Shown here: positions 1 through 12,331 of the stretch, in pieces | Layout of the letters: each line of letters starts with the position of its first letter | How positions within the stretch are numbered: the first letter of the stretch is position 1 | Origin: Rhizodiscina lignyota | Taxonomy: Eukaryota | Length of the DNA: 64,000 nucleotides | Direction of reading: 5' to 3' | Assembly (NCBI GenBank): GCA_010015805.1 | Contig: ML978121.1 | Location: forward strand, 62,001 to 126,000 | Notes under the pieces: generated by a model | The model's database searches: none | The model's input: only the letters and a program-made list of their open reading frames with translations | Told to the model about the DNA's origin: nothing | Program-made: the position numbers and the translations under genes

Positions 1-3000
1 TCCGGATTCTGCTCCTTGCTCATATGGAAACCCAAATTCCATGGCTCGATGAGCGGCTCCCATGCGGATTTCGAGAAGTTGTAGACATTGAAGAACGTAT
101 CGATGCTAGTATCAGCGATCATGGCACTTGACCAATCTCTAACTTCGACGGCGAATGCCTTCACACTCCAATCCAGCATCGGTAACTCATGCTTGTCACC
201 GATCAATACAACCCGGATTCCCTGCATAGAAATCTTCATTTCTTCTCGTCTGATGACACCCGACGCTGACTCCTGCCTCTCGGGGAGAGCTGGGCGTTGC
301 GTCTTCTTCGAGGATATAGATTTCGCTCTTACACGATTGGTAGTGGAACCTCCAAGAGTAGACTTTTGGCGCTCGCTCTTGCTCTGGCTTTCAATTTGTT
401 TCAGCTTCTTGGGTCCTTCGTCAGCCATCTTCCCTTCATCGCTGTTCATCTCAGATGCTCGAGTAAAAATCTGCATTGCTAGAAGGATATCGCGCAGAGA
501 GAGACGTAGCACCAGGGGCTCGATGTCGACATTGATGCTAGTGAGAGACGACTCTTTGCCTTGGTTCCGCATATCCAGGGACGTTTGAATGCTAAAGTCA
601 TCCAAGATGCGAAGTCTTGTCGTCTCGAACTGATCCATTCGGCAAAGGAACATGCCGATCTTGTCAACTTGCAAAGTCATCGCATGCTGCTTCGCAATTA
701 AGACCTGCTTCGTGCCGAGGACGATGGCTTCAGAGTTGTATATCGCAGGATTAGCAATCAGAACCACCTGGGCATCGACGACGTTGACGCGGAACGAAAT
801 GTCCATGCCTCCCTCTTCCGCAGGTTTCTCAGGCTCAGGTGCAGCTGGTCTGTGAGCAATATCTCCAGACTGCATACTGTTGCCGCTCTTTGCCTCATCT
901 GAGGTCTCCTCTGCTTCCTCTTCTTCTATTTGCAGAGGCTCATCAGTGGCTAGGCCAGCATTGACCCAAGCCTGAACAGCAAAGAGATAGTCGAGCGCAA
1001 GAATAACCCTCGGGCTGTCAACGGTAAGTAGTGCAACAAGATGTCTGTCCTCTCCGCCAGAAATGGATACGCTTGCCATGAATTGCTGCTTGACATCTGT
1101 GTTGATGAGAGACATGATCTTGCGGAACTTATTCGACTCCATCTTCCGACTATCCTTGATAGTGAAAGACTGCACCAGTAACTCCGACTCCAGCGCACCA
1201 TCACTGATCATACGGAGCTTGACACTAGTCTGGTTCAGGGAGAACTTGGACAAACTTGCTGCTTCCAGGTCGCCGATTGGTTCATACTCCTTGCCCTTGA
1301 TGAGTTCGAGGCCCATCGCGCCAACCTTGAAAACGAGGTCGAGCTTGGTCCATTTGTCTGGACCTGTGCCCAGTTCAGGATTTTGGATGGTAGGCTTTAA
1401 CTGTTTGTTCTTCTCGGACTCTTCTTGGTCTGTAAGAGCTCGAGCGGGCTGAACGGTCGCGTCAGGCAGTTCTTCCTCAACCTCCTCTTGGATGTCCTCG
1501 TCAGGATCAGTCTGGAAGGCTGCTGGGATTGACCGCGACAGCTCCAAGGCAAACTTCAGCTGCTCTTGTGTGATCTTGAGATTGATGTCCGACATAGAAC
1601 CGTCGATCTCAAGGTCTGGACGCTCGTACCCAGGCTTGTGCTCGATATACGTTATCTTGAAATCAAGATCAACCTTATCGATCAACTCAAGCTCTTCTGA
1701 TTGGTTGTCTTCGTAGTGGAATAATGACGTCAGACGGGTATTCCTCACACCAGCAGACAGCTTGTTCGCAGTGTCTGCGTCTTTCGAGTCATCAAGCGGT
1801 TCGAATTTGTTGTTTGCATATATTTCTCCTAAATATGCCGTGACAGAGTCTCGTGCTGGATTTTCCGTCATGACCATCCTGGGGAAGACGACAATTGGGG
1901 ACCTGATGAGGATGTCGAAGTGCATCTTGTTCGCTCGTTCTTGCACCTTGCTGGCCTGTTCGGCTGCTGCTTGGCGGGCCGCATTGAAGATGGCCTGCAT
2001 TTTTCCAAACTTGACACCGAAGTCCATAATCTTACGGAATGGCTCCGTTACGAAATTGACCTTCAGTGATCCCGTGTGGAGGTGAATCGACATATCATGT
2101 CCAGGATACGATGGTGATGATGGGTCGTATGTCTCATATTTAAAGTCAGCTAGCTCTTTACCTTCAATGGTGACGAGCTGCCGAAGAGAAGAGCTCTCCG
2201 AGACGCCTTGGTTGATGTCGTCTATGAGCGAGAGATTGCCGAGTCGAGCATTGACCCTCATGGTGGGCCCAGCAAGGAAGACTCCAACATCAGCACTGTT
2301 CAAGGACAGTGTCGCAAGTCTAATTCCATCATTGTTCAGAATGACAGCGATACGCTTAAGGTCGACCTTGATACGTATTTTGTCAGGATCCTGCGACGCT
2401 TTGGCAGCCTGCAGATCGTGCTCTTCTTCACCCGTATCTTCTTCACTCCCGATTTGCTTCTGAGCCTTCCCATTATCTTGATCACCGCCAGGATTTGTGA
2501 ATGTGATCAAGACAAAGTCAAGCAGGGTCAAAAGCGTCTTTCGAGTGACGATGAGGTTGATGGTCGAAACAGAAGCATCCAGGTTCATTGCTATTCCTTC
2601 GAACTTGGACTGAAACTCTGGAGAATCCTTGTTGACACGGACAAACTTGAGCTGGAAGAGCTCCTTCTGTTCTGCAGCAGATGCATCTTCAGAGGAGATG
2701 ATGTTTCTGAACTCGGGAATAGGCTCCTCCTCGACATGATCTTCAACTGCCAACGCTTTTAAGCGGACCTCTGCAACCATGTCAAAGGGACGCTGATAGA
2801 ACTCCAAGAAGAAGTGCTCGGCAATGAGATCAACCAGGAGCTGATCCGGTTTCTTCCCCTCCGGATCAGATCGATACAGAGACCCTTGCAGTTTGTCGAC
2901 AGTGAATTGAAATTCGAAGTTGCGCTGATTGATGTGAACGACTGGTCTCTTCTTGTCGTCTTGCTTTTGCTGCTTTTCTTCTTCTTGTTTATCTTCTTCG

Positions 3001-5666
3001 CTCTCATCATCGACGACGAGATCCTGCTCCTTTGAAAACTGGAACGACTTTCGCTTGTCCCGAACAAGAGCATCTTGCTCGTCGTCCGTTCGAGGTTTCA
3101 AATTTGACGGGCCTTTCGCGCCTTCGGATACCTGGTCATTCTCTCCCTCGCTGAATTTGGGTATGGCAACATCAATCAACTTCATTAAGCTCTTGTACTT
3201 TGCATCCGAAACGGAAGCATGCAAAACAGGCAGATGTCCAGATATCTTGAACTTCGTAAGATCCGATGCCTTGGGTATAATGCAGATCGCAATCGTGAAA
3301 TCCATGTTAATGCGGTCAACAATGTGCAGGTCCTTCTGGGACGCTGTACTGTCGAGTTGCGCTTTCGTCTCCTCAATCGTAGTTCCAATGAGAACCTGCG
3401 TCGACTCCAACTTGAGCTGGAATTTATCGTACATGAGGTTTTCCAGTTGTCTGAAATCAGCTTCGGTGTATTGTTGTTTTTGCTTGTTGTGAATGTCACG
3501 AAGAGTTTCCTTGTCTACAAGCTCGCTGTTGACACTCGCATGACCGGCATCGACAATTAGACAGGTTGTGCTCTTTTCAGTGACAGAGTTTGGGACAATG
3601 ATGAGAGGAGCCTGCAAGTCGAGCTGCGCATTGATGGTCTTATGTTCTTCGAGCGCAAATTCCAGGCCTGCTCTAGTTTGCTGTCGAATGCCTTCGACAG
3701 TAGCACCTGCAGTCTCCAACAGAGCGCCGATGGATTCCATGTGCCGTTCTGGGGGCTTGAAGAACTTTACGACTTGTACTACGAAGTTCGGATTGTAGAC
3801 GACCTCCATGGCTTTGAGTGTAGCGGTCAGTGCCATGTCAGCGCTGCCATCTAGCGGATTCTGTTCGAAGGATAGCTGGAAGAAAGGGTCTTCAGGTTTC
3901 TCTTCGTCATCTTCCAGGTTACCTTTCTCGCCATACTCTTCAGCCGTCTCATCATCGTCAAGCTCTTGAATTCGCTTCTCGTCTGGCACTGGCGGCGCAT
4001 CCTTGATAGTGATGATTTGTGGGAAGAGATTGCCTTCCGTGGTACCATCGTACAAGCGCATGCCTTCCAGGCTGATCGAAGCAAGCATTGAATCTGTTCG
4101 TTTGAAGAACTCAGTGCGGAATGAGTCGAACAGTAGCCGCAAGATCTCAGCTCCTTTTCCATGTGGATCGCGCTTGAGAGTAAAGCTGCCAGTTCGCAGA
4201 CTTAGCTCGACTTGCATCTTGATGTATTCTCTCGGCATATCAACTGATTCTGTAATAGCTTTCTTCTCATCAAAATCGATGGCTTCGTACAGCTCCTTTC
4301 GTTGCTGATCCGTCATCTGGCTATCATCAGCAGCCTCGCCTTGTTGCTGCTTCCCTCCGCCCCACACCCATTGACCCCAGGTCTGTTTTTGCGGCTCTTT
4401 CTTAACGCCGGCATTCTCTTTACGCAATTGGTTTCGCGCCAGCGAACGCCAGAATCGCAAATCCTCATAGGTCAGCTTGTGTTCGAGGGCATCGATCTCT
4501 TTCGTCTCGTCCGGAATCATTTTTTCTTCCTTCTTTCGCTTCTTGAATAGCTCAATGTAACGAATCCGATCGTCTCTCCGCTCTTTGAAGTACTCCCATG
4601 ACCATCTTCTGTTTCGATCATGTATCTTGTCAAGGACTGCCTTACCAGCGAATCGTATCCATGCGACTGGGTCTTCGGCTGGCTTGGATTTTGGCTGGAA
4701 TTTCTTATACTCCTGGTGTCTGATGAAGTAGTGGAAGAGGTCCACAAGCATAAGAGCATCTCGGTATTGATCATCATCAATGATAAAGCCAAGCTCGTCG
4801 AACAGCAGCTTCGCTTTCATCTTTGGCCGATCAGGCTTGCCAGTCTTGTCCATCTCAAGTCCAGCGCGACCTGTGACGGGCTTCAGAATGAACTGATGTT
4901 CGTCCAGCGTTTCGCTGTCCGACCTGACAATCATGTTCTTCAGCTTGTCCACAAACTCGTCGTGCTCGATGCCTTCTTGTGATCCCTTCCCAGTTCCAAT
5001 AAGGTTCGCATCTGTGTTCCAGTATACTGCCAGTGAGCTCAGCGATGCCAGCTTGTGAGTGGTGCCAGATGTGCTCTGAATGAACGTCGGTCGCCAGTTC
5101 TCGTCCGTACTGACGGCGTCAAAGGCCTCAAGGCTAATGCCAAGCGCAAAGGGGTGGCCAGGGTCTGATATCGAGTCTTCGTAGCGGACATGAATGTTCT
5201 TGACCGATACTTGAAGATTATCCACGATCGCTGTGACAAGACTTGCCGTGAAGCTTTGACTCTTCTGCTGCTCTTCCGCGCTCATGCCCTCAGTATTCCG
5301 CTCCTTCAGCAGCTCCGCGCTATCCAGCTTCTCCATCTTCAGTGCGTGCGCCCTCCTCTCTTCCTCCTCCGGGTCGTAGTCCGCATCTTCTCGGGGTGCG
5401 GCGAGGATGAAAACGTCTTCGATGTTCACGCGCACAGGTTTACTGCGAAGGTTCGACCAAGGTATCTGGAGGGTCAGCTGGCCAAGGTGGCCTTCGACAA
5501 CGTTGAGGGGCAGACGGAGCTGGTCGAGAGCTTCGCGACGCAGCTCAAGGTTGCGTAGTTTGACATCGCCTGACCATATGCCCACATTCAACTGCTTTGG
5601 ATCGAAGTTCTGGACATACATGCCCAAGAACCGATTCAGCAGATTGGCGACGAGGCTTTCGAGCAT
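1..5666 (-). CDS. VPS13: Vacuolar protein sorting protein 13 (chorein-family lipid transfer protein), 5' part; runs off the window start
   Basis: Minus-strand ATG at 5666 reads MLESLVANLLNRFLGMYVQNFDPKQLNVGIWSGDVKLRNLELRREALDQLRLPLNV, the chorein-N motif. It is absent from the ORF track, consistent with no stop inside the window. Confidence 0.95.
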   Translation of the reverse strand, partial: MLESLVANLLNRFLGMYVQNFDPKQLNVGIWSGDVKLRNLELRREALDQLRLPLNVVEGHLGQLTLQIPWSNLRSKPVRVNIEDVFILAAPREDADYDPEEEERRAHALKMEKLDSAELLKERNTEGMSAEEQQKSQSFTASLVTAIVDNLQVSVKNIHVRYEDSISDPGHPFALGISLEAFDAVSTDENWRPTFIQSTSGTTHKLASLSSLAVYWNTDANLIGTGKGSQEGIEHDEFVDKLKNMIVRSDSETLDEHQFILKPVTGRAGLEMDKTGKPDRPKMKAKLLFDELGFIIDDDQYRDALMLVDLFHYFIRHQEYKKFQPKSKPAEDPVAWIRFAGKAVLDKIHDRNRRWSWEYFKERRDDRIRYIELFKKRKKEEKMIPDETKEIDALEHKLTYEDLRFWRSLARNQLRKENAGVKKEPQKQTWGQWVWGGGKQQQGEAADDSQMTDQQRKELYEAIDFDEKKAITESVDMPREYIKMQVELSLRTGSFTLKRDPHGKGAEILRLLFDSFRTEFFKRTDSMLASISLEGMRLYDGTTEGNLFPQIITIKDAPPVPDEKRIQELDDDETAEEYGEKGNLEDDEEKPEDPFFQLSFEQNPLDGSADMALTATLKAMEVVYNPNFVVQVVKFFKPPERHMESIGALLETAGATVEGIRQQTRAGLEFALEEHKTINAQLDLQAPLIIVPNSVTEKSTTCLIVDAGHASVNSELVDKETLRDIHNKQKQQYTEADFRQLENLMYDKFQLKLESTQVLIGTTIEETKAQLDSTASQKDLHIVDRINMDFTIAICIIPKASDLTKFKISGHLPVLHASVSDAKYKSLMKLIDVAIPKFSEGENDQVSEGAKGPSNLKPRTDDEQDALVRDKRKSFQFSKEQDLVVDDESEEDKQEEEKQQKQDDKKRPVVHINQRNFEFQFTVDKLQGSLYRSDPEGKKPDQLLVDLIAEHFFLEFYQRPFDMVAEVRLKALAVEDHVEEEPIPEFRNIISSEDASAAEQKELFQLKFVRVNKDSPEFQSKFEGIAMNLDASVSTINLIVTRKTLLTLLDFVLITFTNPGGDQDNGKAQKQIGSEEDTGEEEHDLQAAKASQDPDKIRIKVDLKRIAVILNNDGIRLATLSLNSADVGVFLAGPTMRVNARLGNLSLIDDINQGVSESSSLRQLVTIEGKELADFKYETYDPSSPSYPGHDMSIHLHTGSLKVNFVTEPFRKIMDFGVKFGKMQAIFNAARQAAAEQASKVQERANKMHFDILIRSPIVVFPRMVMTENPARDSVTAYLGEIYANNKFEPLDDSKDADTANKLSAGVRNTRLTSLFHYEDNQSEELELIDKVDLDFKITYIEHKPGYERPDLEIDGSMSDINLKITQEQLKFALELSRSIPAAFQTDPDEDIQEEVEEELPDATVQPARALTDQEESEKNKQLKPTIQNPELGTGPDKWTKLDLVFKVGAMGLELIKGKEYEPIGDLEAASLSKFSLNQTSVKLRMISDGALESELLVQSFTIKDSRKMESNKFRKIMSLINTDVKQQFMASVSISGGEDRHLVALLTVDSPRVILALDYLFAVQAWVNAGLATDEPLQIEEEEAEETSDEAKSGNSMQSGDIAHRPAAPEPEKPAEEGGMDISFRVNVVDAQVVLIANPAIYNSEAIVLGTKQVLIAKQHAMTLQVDKIGMFLCRMDQFETTRLRILDDFSIQTSLDMRNQGKESSLTSINVDIEPLVLRLSLRDILLAMQIFTRASEMNSDEGKMADEGPKKLKQIESQSKSERQKSTLGGSTTNRVRAKSISSKKTQRPALPERQESASGVIRREEMKISMQGIRVVLIGDKHELPMLDWSVKAFAVEVRDWSSAMIADTSIDTFFNVYNFSKSAWEPLIEPWNLGFHMSKEQNP

Positions 5667-6254
5667 GGTGGGCTCGGTTGGCCGTAACCCTGGCCAGGGA
5701 GATTTTTGGAGTATCTAACGGATCGTGAGTGTAGGGTGGTGCTTTAGGTCATTTGGTGCGGCGTTGTTTCCGGTCAACTGCTCCAAGGTGAAGTAAACAG
5801 CTGTAGAGGAAGAAGTGATGTATCAGGGAGCAAGCAGAACGAAATCTCACAATGACGGGAAGAGAATGACGCTCTGTGCCGCGCAGAAAAGATGGTGGGA
5901 TGGCGATTGTTTGGTTACGTCGACTTTGCCAAAGGCAGCAGATGCTGGATCGACGTCGATCCTTTGATGACGTCGATCACGATCGCGCGGCGCGGGAAAG
6001 CCACGTCGGACCAGCTCACCATTGGTCGCGCCAGCGCGACTTTTTCTGCAATCGAAGCTCCATCTTTTCAGCTAAGACGTCGATTGCATTCGCTGGCTCC
6101 AGCAACACTCGATTTCTCTTTGCGATCACGTGCAAGCGAGTTCTCTGCGCGTGCCGAGGCGACCTGTGTCAAGGACTTCCTCACGGCGCGCCAGTCTCCT
6201 ATCGACACGACTTCTCGCCTTTCGACTTGTACAATAGTTTCTTAGACGGATACA

Positions 6255-6875
6255 ATGGGGTGGTGGTTTGGGAAGGACCCTCAGAAATCATCCTTGAAGC
6301 CCACAGATTCGACACCAGACCCCCTATTTGCCTCATCCGCACCTCCAGCGAGCGCAAAAGAGTCCACAGAGCAGCCAGCGCAGTTCTTGTCAAAGGACAA
6401 AGAACTCGAGCAAGACCTTGAGAGTTTCCTCCACACCAATGAGGACCGAGGGTCAAGGAGACAGCATGACTCGTCTGAAACAGCAACCACCTCCACGACG
6501 AATTCGCCACTGTCAACCTCCAATCCTCATTCCGATGATCGCTCCCTCACTCCAGAGCGTCTCTACCCCGACACAATGTCCTGCGGCGCTGCGTTCGATC
6601 GTGCCTTCTACTGCCAATCCCCGGGCGGACAATTCACAAATGTATACAGGCACGGTGGACTAAAAGACTGTGCAGATAACTGGTCAGAGTTCTGGTTCTG
6701 CATGAAGATACGTGGCCAGCGCGAAGAGACGAAGCAAAGGAACATCAGGAACTACTATGCGGAGAAGGATGCGCAATACAAGGCAAGGCCGAGCAGCGAA
6801 GATGTTTGGGAGAAGAGAAGCGTCAAGGTGGAAAAAGCGTTTGATCTGGATCCGGATGAGATTCTGAAATCATAG
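6255..6875 (+). CDS. EMI1: Emi1-like (DUF3128) twin-Cys protein
   Basis: 206 aa ORF with MSCGAAFDRAFYCQSPGGQFTNVYRHG..C...WSEFWFCMK and SSEDVW motifs typical of the Emi1 family. Confidence 0.8.
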   Translation: MGWWFGKDPQKSSLKPTDSTPDPLFASSAPPASAKESTEQPAQFLSKDKELEQDLESFLHTNEDRGSRRQHDSSETATTSTTNSPLSTSNPHSDDRSLTPERLYPDTMSCGAAFDRAFYCQSPGGQFTNVYRHGGLKDCADNWSEFWFCMKIRGQREETKQRNIRNYYAEKDAQYKARPSSEDVWEKRSVKVEKAFDLDPDEILKS

Positions 6876-7620
6876 TGAATTTCTGCTTCTGCTATCCATT
6901 GCGCTTCATTTGATGTACAGCATACACAGCGTGGCGTTCAGGGAAGGGGCACGTCTCCTGTCATAGAAATTCCACTCCGGGTTCAGTCTTGAAACTGCTT
7001 CGGAAAGAGCTGGTGCATCTCGATTCAGCAACTGCTGTCTTTCGTTCCAAAGGCAACTCGCCCCTTCCGGGACGCATTCGTCGCTCTAGAGAGGCACTAG
7101 ACGTCCATCGAGGACCATCGGTAGATCCAAATCCTGAATATTTAGGACTGTATAGAAAGGCTTGAAGATAGTTGTCTCTCGCGCGAGCAGTCTAAATGAA
7201 GCCCTTCAATGCAGGGAACTGAATGTGGAGTAGAAAATGTATGTATGAGATCACCGTCAGGCTGAGATTGGAAGCAGCCATGGCACCATTGTCAGGCCAT
7301 AAGGAGTTGATAGATAATAGCGATGCATACTGACGCTGTACCGTGGTTCCGCTGCGCTCCGTTGCTTCAGCCTGGCATTTTCACCTGGTATTTCTCGGCT
7401 GAACCTCGGGCGCATGACGTAGTGCCTGGCTCCCCCGCCACTGAGGATTTTGAAGAAAGGCGCCGTCGACGAGCAATCCGGGGGCAGCAAAGAGTGAAAA
7501 GTCTGCGCCGTGTGCAGCTCTTGAACGCGACGGAAGAGGCGAGAGAGCGCTCCGCAGTTCTCTGCGGCGCGGCTGCGGCGTGTTGGGGGGGCACATTGCT
7601 GGGGCGTTTGTTGCTGGGGC

Positions 7621-7713
7621 ATTCTGGAAAGCGGTGGTGATTGGCCGAAGCTTCCAGTCAAGCTTCTACATCTTTCTAGCAAATTCGACACACACCAGCA
7701 GCTTGCATAAAAA
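7621..7713 (+). promoter_or_regulatory. HSP70 promoter: heat-shock elements, inverted CCAAT and TATA-like box
   Basis: aTTCtgGAAa (7621-7630), cGAAgcTTCc (7646-7655), further nTTCn units to ~7678, ATTGG at 7640 and CATAAAA at ~7706, all 160-250 nt upstream of the HSP70 ATG. Confidence 0.65.
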
Positions 7714-7868
7714 CCTGCGCGCACCGCGAGCTACAACCTTTCTTCTCACAACTACAATCACCACACTCAAAGCCTGCAAAAGAGTCTTTACGACCTCCCA
7801 GACTCCCATCACAACGCCAATCCTCTTTTCTTTCTCTGAGATACCCCACCTTCACACACACATCCACC

Positions 7869-8366
7869 ATGGCACCAGCAATCGGCATTGATCTGGGCAC
7901 CACCTACTCGTGTGTCGGCATCTTTCGAGATGACCGCATCGAGATCATCGCCAACGACCAGGGCAACCGCACAACGCCCTCGTTCGTCGCCTTCACCGAC
8001 ACAGAGCGTCTGATCGGGGACTCGGCGAAGAACCAGGTCGCCATGAACCCCGCAAACACCGTCTTCGACGCGAAGCGCCTCATCGGCCGCAAGTTCAACG
8101 ACGCCGAGGTGCAGGCCGACATGAAGCACTTCCCCTTCAAGGTCATCGACAAGGGCGGCAAGCCTGTCATCCAGATCGAGTTCAAGGGCGAGACCAAGAC
8201 GTTCACACCTGAGGAGATCTCGTCGATGGTGTTGACGAAGATGAGGGAGACCGCCGAGTCATACCTGGGTGGCACTGTCAACAACGCCGTTATCACTGTT
8301 CCTGCGTACTTCAACGATTCTCAGCGCCAGGCCACCAAGGATGCCGGCCTCATCGCCGGTCTCAAC

Positions 8367-8398
<32 letters not shown>

Positions 8399-8794
8399 GG
8401 CTATCGCTTACGGTCTCGACAAGAAGACTCAGGGCGAGCGCAACGTGCTCATCTTCGACTTGGGTGGTGGCACATTCGATGTGTCTCTTCTGACGATCGA
8501 GGAGGGCATCTTCGAGGTCAAGTCCACCGCCGGTGACACTCACTTGGGTGGTGAGGACTTTGACAACCGCCTGGTTAACCACTTCGTCAACGAGTTCAAG
8601 CGCAAGCACAAGAAGGTAAGAACTCTTGTCCCCCATACTCCTTCGCTGTCGACAGTATGCTAACTAATTTCCATTAGGACCTAACCTCCAATGCCCGCGC
8701 TCTCCGCCGTCTCCGCACCGCTTGCGAACGTGCCAAGCGTACCCTTTCCTCCTCCGCTCAGACCTCCATCGAAATCGACTCTCTCTACGAGGGA

Positions 8795-8826
<32 letters not shown>

Positions 8827-8932
8827 CTTCGAGGAGCTCTGCCAGGACCTCTTCCGCTCCACTATGGAGCCAGTCGAGCGTGTCCTCCGTGACGCCAAGA
8901 TCGACAAGTCCTCTGTCCACGAGATTGTCCTG

Positions 8933-8968
<36 letters not shown>

Positions 8969-9883
8969 ATGGTCTCCGACTTCTTCAACGGCAAGGAGCC
9001 CAACAAGTCCATCAACCCTGATGAGGCTGTTGCGTACGGCGCTGCCGTCCAGGCTGCTATCCTCTCCGGTGACACTTCCTCGAAGTCCACCAGCGAGATC
9101 CTCCTGCTCGACGTCGCTCCTCTTTCCATTGGTATCGAGACCGCTGGTGGTGTCATGACTCCTCTCATCAAGCGCAACACCACCATCCCTACGAAGAAAT
9201 CTGAAGTCTTCTCCACTTTCTCCGACAACCAGCCTGGTGTGCTTATCCAGGTCTTCGAGGGTGAGCGTGCCCGCACGAAGGACAACAACCTGCTTGGCAA
9301 GTTCGAGTTGACCGGCATTCCCCCGGCTCCTCGCGGTGTTCCTCAGATCGAGGTCACCTTCGATGTCGATGCGAACGGCATCATCAACGTCTCCGCGCTC
9401 GAGAAGGGAACCGGTAAGACGAACAAGATCGTCATCACCAACGACAAGGGCCGTCTCTCGAAGGAGGAGATCGAGCGCATGCTTGCCGAGGCTGAGAAGT
9501 ACAAGGCTGAGGATGAGGCTGAGGCCGCACGTATCTCCGCCAAGAACGGTCTCGAGTCGTATGCCTACTCTCTGCGCAACACGATGAGCGACTCCAAGGT
9601 CGACGAGAAGCTCGACGCCGGCGACAAGGAGAAGCTGAAGAGCGAGATCGACAAGGTCGTCGCTTGGCTCGATGACAACCAGACCGCCACTAAGGACGAG
9701 TACGAAAGCATGCAGAAGGAGCTCGAGGGCGTTGCCAACCCCATCATGATGAAGTTCTACGGTGCCGGCGGCGAGGGTGGCATGCCTGGCGGTATGCCCG
9801 GCGGTGGCCCAGGCGGCTTCCCTGGCGCTGGTGGCCCTGCTCCGGGTGGTGATGACGGCCCGACTGTCGAGGAGGTTGACTAA
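7869..9883 (+). CDS. HSP70: Cytosolic Hsp70 (SSA type); one intron 8616-8677
   Basis: [23 protein letters not shown] and C-terminal GPTVEEVD. The intron GTAAGA...GCTAAC...TAG joins [16 protein letters not shown] in frame. Confidence 0.98.
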
Positions 9884-10726
9884 ATTGTCAGCGCTTGATA
9901 CCTTCTTCTCTTTTTTCTCCATGCTTCGCCTCGATTAGAGGGACATTTGGGAAACCCGGAGTTCGTGCAGAGCATTAGATGATGGGCATGTTTTCTGCTT
10001 TGGCTATGGTTTTGTTTTTCTCTCATGAGTTACACGATGCTGGGGCGGATAAAAGTTGATATGCAAGAATGAGGCATGTATCTCTCAGTAATCGCGCGTA
10101 CACTAGATGGTGCGCCAAATGAAAAAGAATTCCAATCAACTTGACTTCTCATCATTGTCCGTGACTCCTCAGCAGCAGTGCTACATGTCTGAGGTTACAG
10201 TTTGCCTGGTCGCTAATGACTATTTTGACATCCTCATCTCGATTAGTTTTCTATTGTCGAAGAATTTTGGAAGTGGGTAAATATCCTGTGCAAAGGCGTT
10301 GAATTAGATGGAAGAAGAATGTATGTATCTTCATCATCACCCAGAAGGCATTGGTCCCCCCAACCCCCCAACACACACAAAGGCTTCAATATAAGGCCTT
10401 TATCAAGCAGAATAATGAGATAGCATCCAAGCAGAGTCAAATGCAGCGCGTACTTGTGTTTATCCCGCTTTGACGTTGCTCCCGCAGCCCGAAATTTTCC
10501 ATGCTTTTTTAAGTCAGGATGACGTCGCATGGCCGCCCTTTCATTGGCCGGTTGAGCACTTCAAGCTCCCGCATGGGCAACGTTCACAAGCCAGCTTGGA
10601 AGCTCCCCCTCACCTCTGGCCTCCCTCCAGCAACGTCAGCCATTGGGAGCCCGCTCATCTCCAATTGTGCTCTAAACTTCCACTCTCTACTCTTCCTGCG
10701 CAATTCGGCTCTCCATTGCTCCCACG

Positions 10727-11998
10727 ATGCTCGTCCGCGCTCCCGCCGCCTCACGGGCCCTGCTACGCCCGCTCCACCAGAGCTCGGGCTCCAAGCTCCG
10801 CCCCAGCTTCGCAACGGCGTTCTCTCAGTCCAAGTCCCATACTCCAATCACCCGCTTCTGCACGGCAGCATCGCAGTCCTCTCGTCCAAAAATCACCGCT
10901 TCCCTTCGAGGGACACCTCTAGGCCTACGCTCTGATATCTTCCGTCTGCAGACTCGCACCCAGACGAACGTTAGCAAGGAACAGCAGACTGTTCTGGATC
11001 AGAAGCTACAGTCGAGCCCAACTGTCAGCGCAACCAGTTCGACAAACCCGGTGTTTGGATCGAATGATGAGACGGCGAAGGATGCAGAGGAGGAGGAAAA
11101 GGAAATGCTGGGCGGCGTCAAGTCGGACATGGTGAGTAATTCTACTTTTATTCTTTGGCTCAATGCTCTAAACCTTGGGATTGGACAAGGCTAGGGAGAT
11201 GTTTGCTAAAAGCAAGATTCAGAACAAGACTTACAGAAGTAAGAGCTAATTGGGATCTCAATGTAGAAAACGATCCAGGAGACATTCGACTTGTCCCAAG
11301 TTCCGAAAGAAGCCTATATCCTCGGTCTCGCAGGCGTCCTGCCGTATTTTGCAACATCTGCAGGTACTGTCTACTGTGCGTGGGAAATCAATCATGCGGC
11401 GTCGGTCGGCTCTGGCTTCTTGATGTCCGGAGGCATGGCTGAGGCGCTGCTGCATATCCTTGAGCCATTGCAGATTGGTTATGGTGCCGTAGTATGTCTC
11501 AAGTTATACCTTCGCCTTTTTTTCTCTTCATGGATCACAACTGAAATCTCATCTTCGTAGATCCTCTCATTCCTCGGCGCTATCCACTGGGGTCTCGAAT
11601 GGGCCAACTATGGCGGCAAAGTTGGCTATCCCCGCTATGCAATCGGTGTCCTCGCCCCAGCCGTCGCCTGGCCCACACTCCTCCTCTCGCCGACCTACGC
11701 ACTGATCAGTCAGTTCATCGGTTTCGTGTTCCTCTACTACGCCGACAACAGCGCGTGCCGTCGGGGCTGGGCTCCGCCATGGTACGGCATGTACCGCTTC
11801 GTGCTGACATTCGTCGTTGGCATAAGTCTTGTGCTGAGTTTGATTGGGAGGGGTGAGATTGCGGTGCCGGTGGGTGAGGTTCCCACGGCGACACAGCGGA
11901 TCAAGGCGTTTAGAGAGACGGCGGCGATTGAGTTGAGTCATCAGGAGATGGCCACGAGGCAGGCGCAAGAGAAGAGGGAATCGCACGTGGGCTCATAA
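10727..11998 (+). CDS. DUF3429 (TMEM69-like) membrane protein with a probable mitochondrial presequence; introns 11132-11266 and 11492-11560
   Basis: Arg/Ser/Ala-rich N-terminus. The spliced product contains GLAGVLPY, QIGYGAVILSFLGAIHWGLEW and PPWYGMYRFVLT. Confidence 0.8.
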
Positions 11999-12331
11999 AG
12001 AGTGAGCGATCTGAGAATGAAAAGAATCCTACGCTCGTGGAGTCGATCTAAGCAGCTTCAGCACCTGGACGAGATTTCGAAAAGCTTGGTGCGTATGAAA
12101 TTGGTGACTTGAACGGCATGGGCCTGACTCGAGTAACAACCTTCCTGCGTTTCATCGTTTCCTGCATCTCGCTGTTTCATATTCGAGGGTCTCCATACCC
12201 TTTTAGCGATTGTGCAGTAAAAACATGTACAAAACCTTCAATCCTATGACAAATTTGGGTGTGTATTTGAAAGTTCTGCTGACATCAAACGTTACGCCTC
12301 GGACAATGCCTTGCTGAAGAACAGTAACTCC

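Noticed and set aside
88..5718. Numerous 60-180 aa ORFs in the track
   Set aside because: They overlap the long VPS13 frame and are alternative-frame or antisense shadows.
8681..9922. 413-aa antisense ORF over HSP70
   Set aside because: Well-known shadow ORF caused by codon bias opposite hsp70 genes; no independent evidence.
12140..12280. Possible ITS1/5.8S continuation of the 18S relic
   Set aside because: Only short chance-level matches; likely 3' flank of the DUF3429 gene.
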